Position numbers and translations under genes: made by a program. The notes below the pieces were generated by a model that saw only the letters and a list, made by a program, of their open reading frames with translations, was not told where the DNA came from and searched no databases. Below are positions 1 through 7,995 of a DNA stretch of 64,000 bases, in pieces. The stretch comes from Candidatus Multivoradales bacterium (GTDB lineage Bacteria; Acidobacteriota; Thermoanaerobaculia; Multivoradales; JAHEKO01). The stretch is taken from contig CBDCXM010000009.1 of assembly GCA_965223855.1 (NCBI GenBank), positions 2,240,001 through 2,304,000 of the forward strand. Reading direction: 5' to 3'. The number at the start of each line of letters is the position of its first letter. The first letter of the stretch is position 1.

Positions 1-1082
1 ACGGCGAAGATCACCGCCGGAGGCTGCGCGAGGCCGAAGGCGACGGCGGTGCCGAGGAACGGCGCCGAGCACGGCGTCGCCATCAGGGTGGCGAAGAAGC
101 CGGAGGCGAGGTGTCCGGCGAGGCCCTCGCCGCCCCCGCCCCCACCGCGGGCCAGCCACGAGGGGAGCGGGATCTCGAACAGCCCCCACAGGTTGAGCGT
201 GAAGAGGACGACGATGATCGCCAGCGCCGCGACGAAGGTCGGCTCCTGGAACTGCACCCCCCAGCCGACCGCCGCGCCTGCCGACTTGGCGAGCACGGCG
301 GCGGCGGCGAGCGCCCAGAACGACAGCAGGATGCCGAGCGCGGTCGACAGAGCTCCCAGGGTGACGTGGCGCCGCCCGTCGCCGGCGCTCTTCACCAGCC
401 CGAGGACCTTGAGCGACAGCACAGGCAGCACGCACGGCATCGCGTTGAGGATCAGGCCGCCGAGGACCGCCAGCATCAGGATCCAGCCGAGGCTGGGGTC
501 GGACCCTCCGGAACCGCCGGAGGCTGCGACCGGGGAGGCATCCGCAGCGCGCGGCAGCGCTCCCTCGATGGGAGTGCCGCCCGCGCCCACCGTCAGTGCG
601 ACGCTCTGTCGGCTGGTCACCGGCGCGAGGCAGGAGCGGTCGTCGCACGCCTGGTAGGTGAGGGCGACCGCGGCCTCGTAGTCGCCGTTGGTGGCGGTCG
701 GCGGCACGGTGAAGCGGACGAGGATCGCCACCTCCCCCTCGTAGACCGACAGCGGCTGCTCTTCGAAAGCGAAGGTGGCGAGCTTGCCCGGCGGGTAGTC
801 GATGCCGTCGAGGGTCCACCCTTCCGGCAGATCGACCCTGGCCTCGGTCGGGATGAGGTACTCGAAGGTCGGCTGGTGGCTGTTGGTGTGCCAACCCTCC
901 TCGATCGTCATCCAGACGCCGATCGCGCCGGAGCTGCCGGCGTCGAAGGCGGTCGCCTCGGGAGCCGCACGCACCGTCGCCTTCTCGACGAGGAAACTCT
1001 GCGCTCCCAGCAGGGTCGCGACGAGGGTGAGGGGGACGAGCGCGAGGGCTCGGGCGAGCAGGCGGCGGAGCACGGCGGACAT
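1..1082 (-). CDS. dsbD: DsbD-family thiol:disulfide interchange / cytochrome c biogenesis protein (5' part; runs off window start)
   Basis: Manual translation of the minus strand from ATG 1082 gives a signal peptide, GWHTNSH, YQACDDRSCLAP (N-domain Cys pair) and the TM-domain motifs LILNAMPCVLPVL and ATPCSAPFLG. Not in the ORF track because the stop lies outside the window. Confidence 0.85.
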   Translation of the reverse strand, partial: MSAVLRRLLARALALVPLTLVATLLGAQSFLVEKATVRAAPEATAFDAGSSGAIGVWMTIEEGWHTNSHQPTFEYLIPTEARVDLPEGWTLDGIDYPPGKLATFAFEEQPLSVYEGEVAILVRFTVPPTATNGDYEAAVALTYQACDDRSCLAPVTSRQSVALTVGAGGTPIEGALPRAADASPVAASGGSGGSDPSLGWILMLAVLGGLILNAMPCVLPVLSLKVLGLVKSAGDGRRHVTLGALSTALGILLSFWALAAAAVLAKSAGAAVGWGVQFQEPTFVAALAIIVVLFTLNLWGLFEIPLPSWLARGGGGGGEGLAGHLASGFFATLMATPCSAPFLGTAVAFGLAQPPAVIFA

Positions 1083-1151
1083 CGGCGGGGAGGATCGTAG
1101 CAGGGCGGAGTCGTTGTATTCTCCCCGCTCGGCCCCGTGCCGCCCCTCCTC

Positions 1152-2348
1152 ATGAGACTTTCCCGACGCGCCCGAGGAATCGGTGAATCCGCCACGCTGG
1201 GAGTGGCCCGCAAGGCGCGTGAGCTGCGGCAGCGCGGCGAGCCGGTGATCGACCTGAGCGCGGGCGAACCCGACTTCCCGTCGCCGCCGGTGGCGGTCGA
1301 GGCCGCCCGGCAGGCGCTGGCGGACGGCTTCACCCGCTACACGCCGGCCGCCGGCATCCCGGCGTTGCGCGAGGCGCTCGCCTCCAGATACCGCGATGAC
1401 TTCCGGGCGCCGTGGAAGGCAGAGGACGTGATGGTCTCGGTGGGCGGCAAGGGGGCGCTGTTCGAGCTGGCACTCGCCATCCTCGACGACGGCGACGAGG
1501 TCGTGCTCCCTTCGCCTTACTGGGTCAGCTTCCCCGAGCACATCCGCTTCTGCGGCGCAGTGCCGGTGACCGTCCCCACCCGCGTGGAGGACGGCTTCCG
1601 CATCCACGCGGCGCCGATCGTCGAGGCGCTCGGTGAGCGCACCCGCATGGTGCTCCTCAACTCGCCGTGCAACCCGACCGGCGGCATCGTCGGCGCCGAG
1701 GAGCTGAGGACGATCGTCTCGGCGGCGGCTGAGCGCGGCATCCTCGTCCTCGCCGACGAGACCTACGAACACTTCGTCTACGGCGACGAGCCGTTCGCCA
1801 GCGCCGCCGCGCTGGCGGCCGAGTTTCCCGAGACGGTGATCCTGTGCGGCTCGTTCTCGAAGACCTACGCCATGACCGGCTGGCGGCTCGGCTACGCCTT
1901 CGCTCCGCCGGAGGTGCTCGGCGCGGCGCTCGACATCCAGAGCCACGCCACGTCCAATCCGACCTCGTTCGCGATGGTCGGCGCGGTGGCGGCGCTCGAG
2001 TCGGCGGGGCCGGACGTCGAGGCGATGGTGGCCGAGTTCCGGGAGCGTCGCGCACTCGTCAGTACGGCGCTCGACGAGATGCCCGGGGTCGCCTGTCGTC
2101 CGCCGGACGGAGCCTTCTACGTCTTTCCCGACGTCGCCGACTGTTTCGCTCCAGGGCGGAACGGCTCGGTGGAGCTGTCTGAGTACCTGCTGGAAGAGGC
2201 CAGGGTCGCCGTAGTGCCAGGAGTCGCCTTCGGTGCCGACGAGCACATCCGCCTGTCGATCGCCGCTTCGCGCGACGATCTGCGCGAGGGGCTCGACCGG
2301 ATCGCCGGAGCCCTCAGCCGCCAGAGACCCGAGCCCCTGAGTCGCTGA
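1152..2348 (+). CDS. aspC: PLP-dependent class I/II (aspartate) aminotransferase
   Basis: LSAGEPDF, NSPCNPTG, DETY, SFSKTYAMTGWRLG (PLP Lys) and VVPGVAFG; ATG at 1152. Confidence 0.85.
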   Translation: MRLSRRARGIGESATLGVARKARELRQRGEPVIDLSAGEPDFPSPPVAVEAARQALADGFTRYTPAAGIPALREALASRYRDDFRAPWKAEDVMVSVGGKGALFELALAILDDGDEVVLPSPYWVSFPEHIRFCGAVPVTVPTRVEDGFRIHAAPIVEALGERTRMVLLNSPCNPTGGIVGAEELRTIVSAAAERGILVLADETYEHFVYGDEPFASAAALAAEFPETVILCGSFSKTYAMTGWRLGYAFAPPEVLGAALDIQSHATSNPTSFAMVGAVAALESAGPDVEAMVAEFRERRALVSTALDEMPGVACRPPDGAFYVFPDVADCFAPGRNGSVELSEYLLEEARVAVVPGVAFGADEHIRLSIAASRDDLREGLDRIAGALSRQRPEPLSR

Positions 2349-2386
2349 AGCCCATCAACTCGAAGATCGCTGTCGGAGGAATCCAC

Positions 2387-4210
2387 ATGCCCAGACCTCT
2401 CATGACCCGCCTCGCAGGGTGCCTGACCGCACTGTGCTTCAGCTTTCCAGGCTTGACCGCCCCCCTCGCGGCGTCCGACGACGCTCCGACCGCCGAAGAG
2501 GCTCGCGCCTTCGTCGAGGAGGCCAACCGGCGCCTCGCCGAGGTCTCCGAAGAGGCGGCGCGTGCCGCCTGGGTGCAGTCGAACTTCATCACCGGCGACA
2601 CCGAGATCCTCGCCGCGCTCGCCAACGAGCGGGCGATCGCGGCGGCGATGGAGTACGCCACCGGCGCGGCGCGCTTCAACGACCTCGAGCTCGACGGCGA
2701 GACCCGCCGTCAGCTCGACCTGCTGCGGCTGGCGCTGACGATGCCGGCGCCCCGCGATCCCGAGGCGCTCAAGGAGCTGACGCAGATCGCCGCTTCGCTC
2801 GAGAGCCGCTACGGCGCGGGTCGCTACTGTCCCGACGGCGACGACTCCTGCCGCGACCTCGGTCAACTGTCGCAGACGATCGGTGAGAGCCGGGAGGTCG
2901 AGGAGCTGTTGGAGGCGTGGAGCGGGTGGCGGACGGTGTCGCCGGCGATGCGCGCCGACTACGAGCGCTTCGTCGAACTGTCGAACGCCGGCGCCCGCGA
3001 ACTGGGGTTCGCCGACACCGGGGCGATGTGGCGTTCGAAGTACGACATGGACCCCGACGCCTTCGCAGCCGAGCTCGATCGCCTCTGGGCGCAGGTGAAG
3101 CCGCTCTACGACGAGCTCCACTGCTACGTCCGAGGGCTCCTCCGGGAGACCTACGGCGACGCGGTCGATCCCGAGGGGCCGATCCCCGCGCATCTGCTGG
3201 GCAACATGTGGGCGCAGTCGTGGGGCAACGTCTACGATCTCGTCGCGCCGCCGGAGGAGGGGGAGGGCTTCGACCTGACGGCGGCGCTCCAGGCGAAGGG
3301 GGTCGACGCCCGCGGGATGGTGCGCTACGGCGAGGGCTTCTTCACCTCGCTCGGCCTCGACCCGCTGCCCGAGACCTTCTGGGAGCGGTCGCTTTTCACC
3401 CAGCCGCGGGATCGCGACGTCGTCTGCCACGCGAGCGCGTGGAACGTCGACAACGTCGACGACATCCGCATCAAGATGTGCATCAAGATCGACGCCGAGG
3501 ACTTCTCGACCGTCCATCACGAGCTCGGCCACAGCTTCTACCAGCGCGCCTACAACACTCTGCCGTTCCTCTACCGCGACTCGGCCAACGACGGTTTCCA
3601 CGAAGGGGTCGGCGACACCGTGGCGCTTTCGGTCACGCCGAGCTATCTCGTCGAGGTCGGGCTGCTCGACGAGGAACCTTCGGCCGACGCCGACCTCGGC
3701 GTCCTGATGCAGATGGCGCTCGACAAGGTCGCGTTCCTGCCGTTCGGCCTGCTGGTCGATCAGTGGCGCTGGAAGGTGTTCTCCGGCGAGATCGGGCCGG
3801 ACGCCTACAACGCCGGCTGGTGGGAGCTGCGTGAGCGCTACCAGGGTGTCGCGGCGCCGACCGCCCGCAACGAAGAGCAGTTCGATCCCGGAGCGAAGTA
3901 CCACGTCCCCGGCAACACCCCCTACACCCGCTACTTCCTCGCCCACATTCTCCAGTTCCAGCTTCACCGCTCGCTGTGCGACGCTGCCGGCTACGAAGGG
4001 CCGCTCCATCGCTGCTCGATCTACGGCAACGAGGCGGCGGGCGAGAAACTGATCGCACTGCTCGACATGGGCCTCAGCCGCCCGTGGCAGGACGCCCTCG
4101 AGGCGACCACCGGACAGCGCGAGATGGACGCCACCGCGATCCTCGACTACTTCGCTCCGCTGGCGACGTGGCTCGAGGAGCAGAACGACGGCGCTTCGTG
4201 CGGCTGGTGA
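2387..4210 (+). CDS. M2-family peptidyl-dipeptidase A (ACE-like zinc metallopeptidase), secreted
   Basis: Signal peptide; HLLGNMWAQSW, HHELGH zinc motif, GFHEGVGD, FDPGAKYHV; SD GGAGG upstream. Confidence 0.93.
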   Translation: MPRPLMTRLAGCLTALCFSFPGLTAPLAASDDAPTAEEARAFVEEANRRLAEVSEEAARAAWVQSNFITGDTEILAALANERAIAAAMEYATGAARFNDLELDGETRRQLDLLRLALTMPAPRDPEALKELTQIAASLESRYGAGRYCPDGDDSCRDLGQLSQTIGESREVEELLEAWSGWRTVSPAMRADYERFVELSNAGARELGFADTGAMWRSKYDMDPDAFAAELDRLWAQVKPLYDELHCYVRGLLRETYGDAVDPEGPIPAHLLGNMWAQSWGNVYDLVAPPEEGEGFDLTAALQAKGVDARGMVRYGEGFFTSLGLDPLPETFWERSLFTQPRDRDVVCHASAWNVDNVDDIRIKMCIKIDAEDFSTVHHELGHSFYQRAYNTLPFLYRDSANDGFHEGVGDTVALSVTPSYLVEVGLLDEEPSADADLGVLMQMALDKVAFLPFGLLVDQWRWKVFSGEIGPDAYNAGWWELRERYQGVAAPTARNEEQFDPGAKYHVPGNTPYTRYFLAHILQFQLHRSLCDAAGYEGPLHRCSIYGNEAAGEKLIALLDMGLSRPWQDALEATTGQREMDATAILDYFAPLATWLEEQNDGASCGW

Positions 4211-4253
4211 GGGTGACGGGCCTGCCGGACGCTCGACTCCGCGGCGCTGAAGG

Positions 4254-5090
4254 TTGAGCACCACCGGGCCTCGCGGGCCGTCGGGACTGCTGAGGACTGT
4301 CAGGCGGGTCGTTCGCGAGTGGCGACAGGGACGGGCGCGACGGCGGTTCCTGAAGCATCGCGGCAACGATCTCGAGGCTTTGCGCTGCCGCGTGTCCTAC
4401 AACCGCTACGGCGGGTACTGCGTTCCTGATTCCTCGGCCCATCGCCCCGCGGCCCGGCGGATCCTGGCGAGCGACGTCTACGAGCCCGACACGATCGAGT
4501 ACCTGCGCGCCAACTGCGGCCGGGGCGACATCGTTCATGCCGGCACCTACTTCGGTGACTTCCTGCCCGCTCTCTCGAGCGCGGTCGACGAGGAGGCACT
4601 GGTCTGGGCCTTCGAACCGAACCGTGAGAACTATCGCTGCGCGCGCGTGACCCTCGAGCTCAACGGCATTGGAAACGTGAGGTTGAGGAACGCAGGACTC
4701 GGCTCGAGGAGCGAGAGGCGCCCGTTCAGGGTGCGCGACGAGTTCGGTCGATCGCTCGGAGGTGCCAGCCGCCTTTCAGAGGTCGAGCAGGGCCGGGAAC
4801 CGGGCACGGAGCTCGTCGAACTCGTCGCCATCGATGACGTCGTGAGCGAAGACCGGCACGTCTCGTTGCTGCAGCTCGATGTGGAGGGGCACGAGAGAGA
4901 GGCGTTGATCGGCGCCCTGGGCCTCGTGGAACGCTGCCGCCCGGTGCTGGTCCTCGAGGATTTCCCGGGCAGCGGGCTCTTCGAGGGGGACTGGTTCGCC
5001 TCGTCGATCCTCAGCCTCGGCTACCGCCGCGAGCGCCGGCTCCACGGCAACGCCGTCTTCGCGCCGGAAACACCCGGCCACGCCGGCTGA
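4254..5090 (+). CDS. FkbM-family SAM-dependent methyltransferase
   Basis: HAGTYFG, WAFEPN and LQLDVEGHE motifs; start uncertain. Confidence 0.8.
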   Translation: MSTTGPRGPSGLLRTVRRVVREWRQGRARRRFLKHRGNDLEALRCRVSYNRYGGYCVPDSSAHRPAARRILASDVYEPDTIEYLRANCGRGDIVHAGTYFGDFLPALSSAVDEEALVWAFEPNRENYRCARVTLELNGIGNVRLRNAGLGSRSERRPFRVRDEFGRSLGGASRLSEVEQGREPGTELVELVAIDDVVSEDRHVSLLQLDVEGHEREALIGALGLVERCRPVLVLEDFPGSGLFEGDWFASSILSLGYRRERRLHGNAVFAPETPGHAG

Positions 5091-5096
5091 CCGGGC

Positions 5097-6413
5097 TCAG
5101 AGCCGGGTTCGGGTCGCCGCCAGCCCGCCTACCAGCGAGCCGCTGACGGCACCGTCGGCGGCGCCGAAGACGATCGCCGGCAGCAGGTTGCCCTCGGCGG
5201 TTCCGGCGAGGGTCGGGTGCGCGAGATCGACGACGGCGAAGTCCGCCCAGGCGTCGGGCTCGATGCGCCCCGCTTCCAGCCCCAGCGCGCCGGCGCCGCC
5301 ACGGGTGGCAATCTCGAGGAGTCGCGGGGCGTTGTCGCGATCCCGGTCGAGCACGACGCCACGCTCGCCGCGCCGCAGGCGCTGACCGTACTCGAGCAGT
5401 CGCATCTCCTCGAGCATCGAGATGCGGGCGTTCGAGTCGGTGCCGAGACACAGCGCCGCCTCCGGGTGTTCGAGGCTTTCGAACGCCGGCAGGCCGTCCC
5501 CGAGGTTGGCTTCGGTCAGAGGGCACAGACAGATGTGAGCCCCCGCAGCGGCGAAGCGCCTCACGTCCGCACTCGTCGAGTGGGTGGCATGGACGGCACA
5601 GAACTCCGGGCCCGGCTCGAGCCGATCGGTGACGAGAGCGAGCGGGCCCACGCCCCACGCCTCACGGCACTCTTCGATCTCCCGCGGCTGCTCCTCGAGG
5701 TGCATGTGGAAGACGAGGCCGCGGTTTTTGGACTCCGTGTGGAGCTCCCGGATCTCTCCGGGGTCGGCGGCGCGGATCGAGTGGGCGACGGCGCCGAGCC
5801 TGACGGTGCTGCCGTCGGTGAGGCCCTCCAACTCGTCCATGCGGCGCCAGTAGCTCTCCGGGTCGGGAGTGGCGAACCGTTGCTGCCCGCCGGACAGCTC
5901 GGTGCCGATGCCGCCGCTCCGGTAATAAGCGACCAGCAGCGTCAGCCGCAGGCCGGTCGCGCGCGCCGCCTCGACGACGACCTCGTCGAACGCGTGATCG
6001 CGCGCCCCGGGGTCGAGGTGCCGCAGGTAGTGGAACTCGCCGACCGCCGTGATGCCGGCGGCGCGCATTTCGCCGAACGCCCGCCGGCACCACTGTCCGA
6101 GCGTCGTCTCGTCGAGTTCCTCGACCAGGCCGTACATCGCCTCCCGCCAGCTCCAGAACGAGCCGGCGCCGGCGGGGAAGTGCTCTCCCCGGCCGCGCAG
6201 CCCGCGCTGGAAGGCGTGCGAGTGGGCGTTGACGAAGCCGGGAAGCAGAGCGCAGCCGTGGAGCCGCTCGTCCGCCTCGACGCCGAGGGCACCGCAGCGG
6301 GCGATACGCCCGTCCCCGTCGATCTCGACCTGGAAGTCGCGCTGCCAGCGGCCGTCCGCCCAGGCGAGCTGAGCTTCGAGGGTTCTCGTCCTGCCGCTTT
6401 CCGGCGAGCTCAT
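5097..6413 (-). CDS. hutF: Formimidoylglutamate deiminase (amidohydrolase)
   Basis: PGFVNAHSHAFQRGLRG, SFWSWREAMY, VGEFHYL, CPLTEANLGDG, LGTDSN; ATG 6413 overlaps the upstream stop (ATGA). Confidence 0.9.
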   Translation of the reverse strand: MSSPESGRTRTLEAQLAWADGRWQRDFQVEIDGDGRIARCGALGVEADERLHGCALLPGFVNAHSHAFQRGLRGRGEHFPAGAGSFWSWREAMYGLVEELDETTLGQWCRRAFGEMRAAGITAVGEFHYLRHLDPGARDHAFDEVVVEAARATGLRLTLLVAYYRSGGIGTELSGGQQRFATPDPESYWRRMDELEGLTDGSTVRLGAVAHSIRAADPGEIRELHTESKNRGLVFHMHLEEQPREIEECREAWGVGPLALVTDRLEPGPEFCAVHATHSTSADVRRFAAAGAHICLCPLTEANLGDGLPAFESLEHPEAALCLGTDSNARISMLEEMRLLEYGQRLRRGERGVVLDRDRDNAPRLLEIATRGGAGALGLEAGRIEPDAWADFAVVDLAHPTLAGTAEGNLLPAIVFGAADGAVSGSLVGGLAATRTRL

Positions 6414-7558
6414 CGCGGCCTGGCTCCGCAGAAGCGCTCGATCAGGTCGTCGACCACCGCACCGAGCTTCTCGAATTCGTGCTTCGGCAGGTACTCGTTC
6501 GGCTGGTGAGCCACCTCGATCGAGCCGGCGCCGAAGAGCACGCAGTCGAAGCCCGCCCGCGACAGGGCGCCGGCGTCGCTCGAGAATGACGCCCCCAGAT
6601 CGCGCGATTCCCCCGATGTTGCCCGGAGCGCCTCGAGCAGCGGTGCGTCGGCCCGCGTCTCGAGGGCGGGGCTCTCGTTGTCGATCGCGAGCTCCCAGTC
6701 GCTCCCTCCGAGCGCCGGCTCGAGGGTTCGGCGCACCCGCTCGGCGACGCTCGCGCCGTCCATCCCCGGCATCAACCGGACGCCGATCTCGAGCCGGCAC
6801 CGTTCGGGGATGACGTTGACGGCACTGCCGCCGTCGATCCGCCCGACGTTGAGGGCGGCGAAAGGCACCTCCGGGAACTGCTCGGCATGGGAGGTCTCGG
6901 CGCGCAGACTCGCCGCCAGAACGTCCAGCGCGGTGATCGCGCGGCCGGCGGGAACGATGGCGCTTCGCCCTCGATCGGGGTAGCCGCTGTGGGCGCTCCT
7001 GCCGGAAATCTCGAGTCCCAGCCGCAGGTGCCCCTTGTGAAGCCGTACCGGCTGGAGCTCGGTCGGCTCGCCGACCAGAACCTGCCTGGGGATGGGGCGA
7101 TCGCCGTGCTCGCGCACCCAGTGCTGCGCACCCCTGGAGCCCACCTCCTCGTCGGAGGTGAGGAGCACTCCCAGCGGAGCCTGGAGTTGCGTGGCATCGA
7201 GCCGGCGGAAGCGATCGATCGCCAGGGCGACGAACCCCTTCATGTCGCACGCTCCGCGCGCCGTCCAGCGATCGCCGCCGTCCGTCAACTCCCAGGGATC
7301 ACTCTCCCACCCCGGCTCGTCGGCGGGAACGACGTCGAGGTGACCGTTCAGGAGCAGCCCTGCGCGCTCCGTATCCCGCGGTCCGCGCAGCAGCAGTACG
7401 TTGGCCTTGCGGCCGGAGTCGTAGGGCTGAACGGTGGTCTCGTCGTCGGCGGCTCCGGCTCGGGTGACGACCCATTCGGCCAGCTCCCGGGAGGGAGCCG
7501 CGCTCACCGAACGGCAGGCGACGAGGTCGCGAAACAGGGAGACGACGTCGTTCGCCAC
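6410..7558 (-). CDS. argE: M20 family acetylornithine deacetylase (ArgE-like)
   Basis: NGHLDVVP, RGACDMKGF, SDEEVG, VGEPT, AHQPNE. Confidence 0.85.
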   Translation of the reverse strand: MANDVVSLFRDLVACRSVSAAPSRELAEWVVTRAGAADDETTVQPYDSGRKANVLLLRGPRDTERAGLLLNGHLDVVPADEPGWESDPWELTDGGDRWTARGACDMKGFVALAIDRFRRLDATQLQAPLGVLLTSDEEVGSRGAQHWVREHGDRPIPRQVLVGEPTELQPVRLHKGHLRLGLEISGRSAHSGYPDRGRSAIVPAGRAITALDVLAASLRAETSHAEQFPEVPFAALNVGRIDGGSAVNVIPERCRLEIGVRLMPGMDGASVAERVRRTLEPALGGSDWELAIDNESPALETRADAPLLEALRATSGESRDLGASFSSDAGALSRAGFDCVLFGAGSIEVAHQPNEYLPKHEFEKLGAVVDDLIERFCGARPR

Positions 7559-7619
7559 CCGGCTAGGTTAAGCCTCGCGCCGCGAGGGAGCAAGGCAGGG
7601 CGGCGAGTTGGCGGCTCGA

Positions 7620-7645
7620 TGTGACTTCTGCGCGGCACGTCGGTC
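7620..7645 (+). promoter_or_regulatory. Putative ECF-sigma promoter TGTGACT-N14-CGGTC (copy 3)
   Basis: TGTGACT at 7620-7626 and CGGTC at 7641-7645, with the same boxes and spacing as the copies at 53349 (+) and 53264 (-). Confidence 0.55.
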
Positions 7646-7651
7646 ACAAGG

Positions 7652-7885
7652 GTTGAAAGCGCCGGTTGCGGCCGGCGCACCCAAGGAGATCGACGGTCGT
7701 GACGCCCTCACCAACGTATCGGACGCTATGCGCCCCGGGGCCCCTTTCCTCGGTTGGTGAACCGGACCGGCTCCCGTGCCCATTCAGCGCGGGGTTCTCT
7801 CTCGGTTCTCGCGGGCCCGTCCGCGAGGACCTCTCTCCTCTTGGTGGGTAGCCCGGTCTCAAAGGCCGGGCTGCCCGCCGATTTT
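7652..7885 (+). ncRNA. Candidate small RNA (alternatively a small-protein mRNA, GTG 7699..7851)
   Basis: Lies in a ~430-bp intergenic gap. Successive hairpins at 7659-7678 and 7804-7831, possible pairing of 7708-7715 with 7753-7760, CU-rich linkers, and a terminal ~19-bp stem followed by TTTT. No recognised Rfam family. Confidence 0.45.
7841..7885 (+). terminator. Rho-independent terminator
   Basis: TTGGTGGGTAGCCCGGTCT-CAA-AGGCCGGGCTGCCCGCCGA followed by TTTT. Confidence 0.65.
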
Positions 7886-7995
7886 CGAGCGCCCGGGACG
7901 TAGCCGGGACGCACCGGCGGCCCCGGTGCCGCGTGGTACGATCCCGGCCCGCGGCGGGCCGACGCCGCCCGCGCGACCCCACCCTGAGATCGACC

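Noticed and set aside
111-1100. Plus-strand ORFs at the window start
   Set aside because: The minus strand encodes recognisable DsbD motifs.
7652-7885. Known housekeeping RNA (6S, SRP, tRNA, tmRNA) or riboswitch for the aconitase gene
   Set aside because: No diagnostic motifs recognised, and the downstream gene has its own -10 after the terminator; kept only as a novel sRNA candidate.
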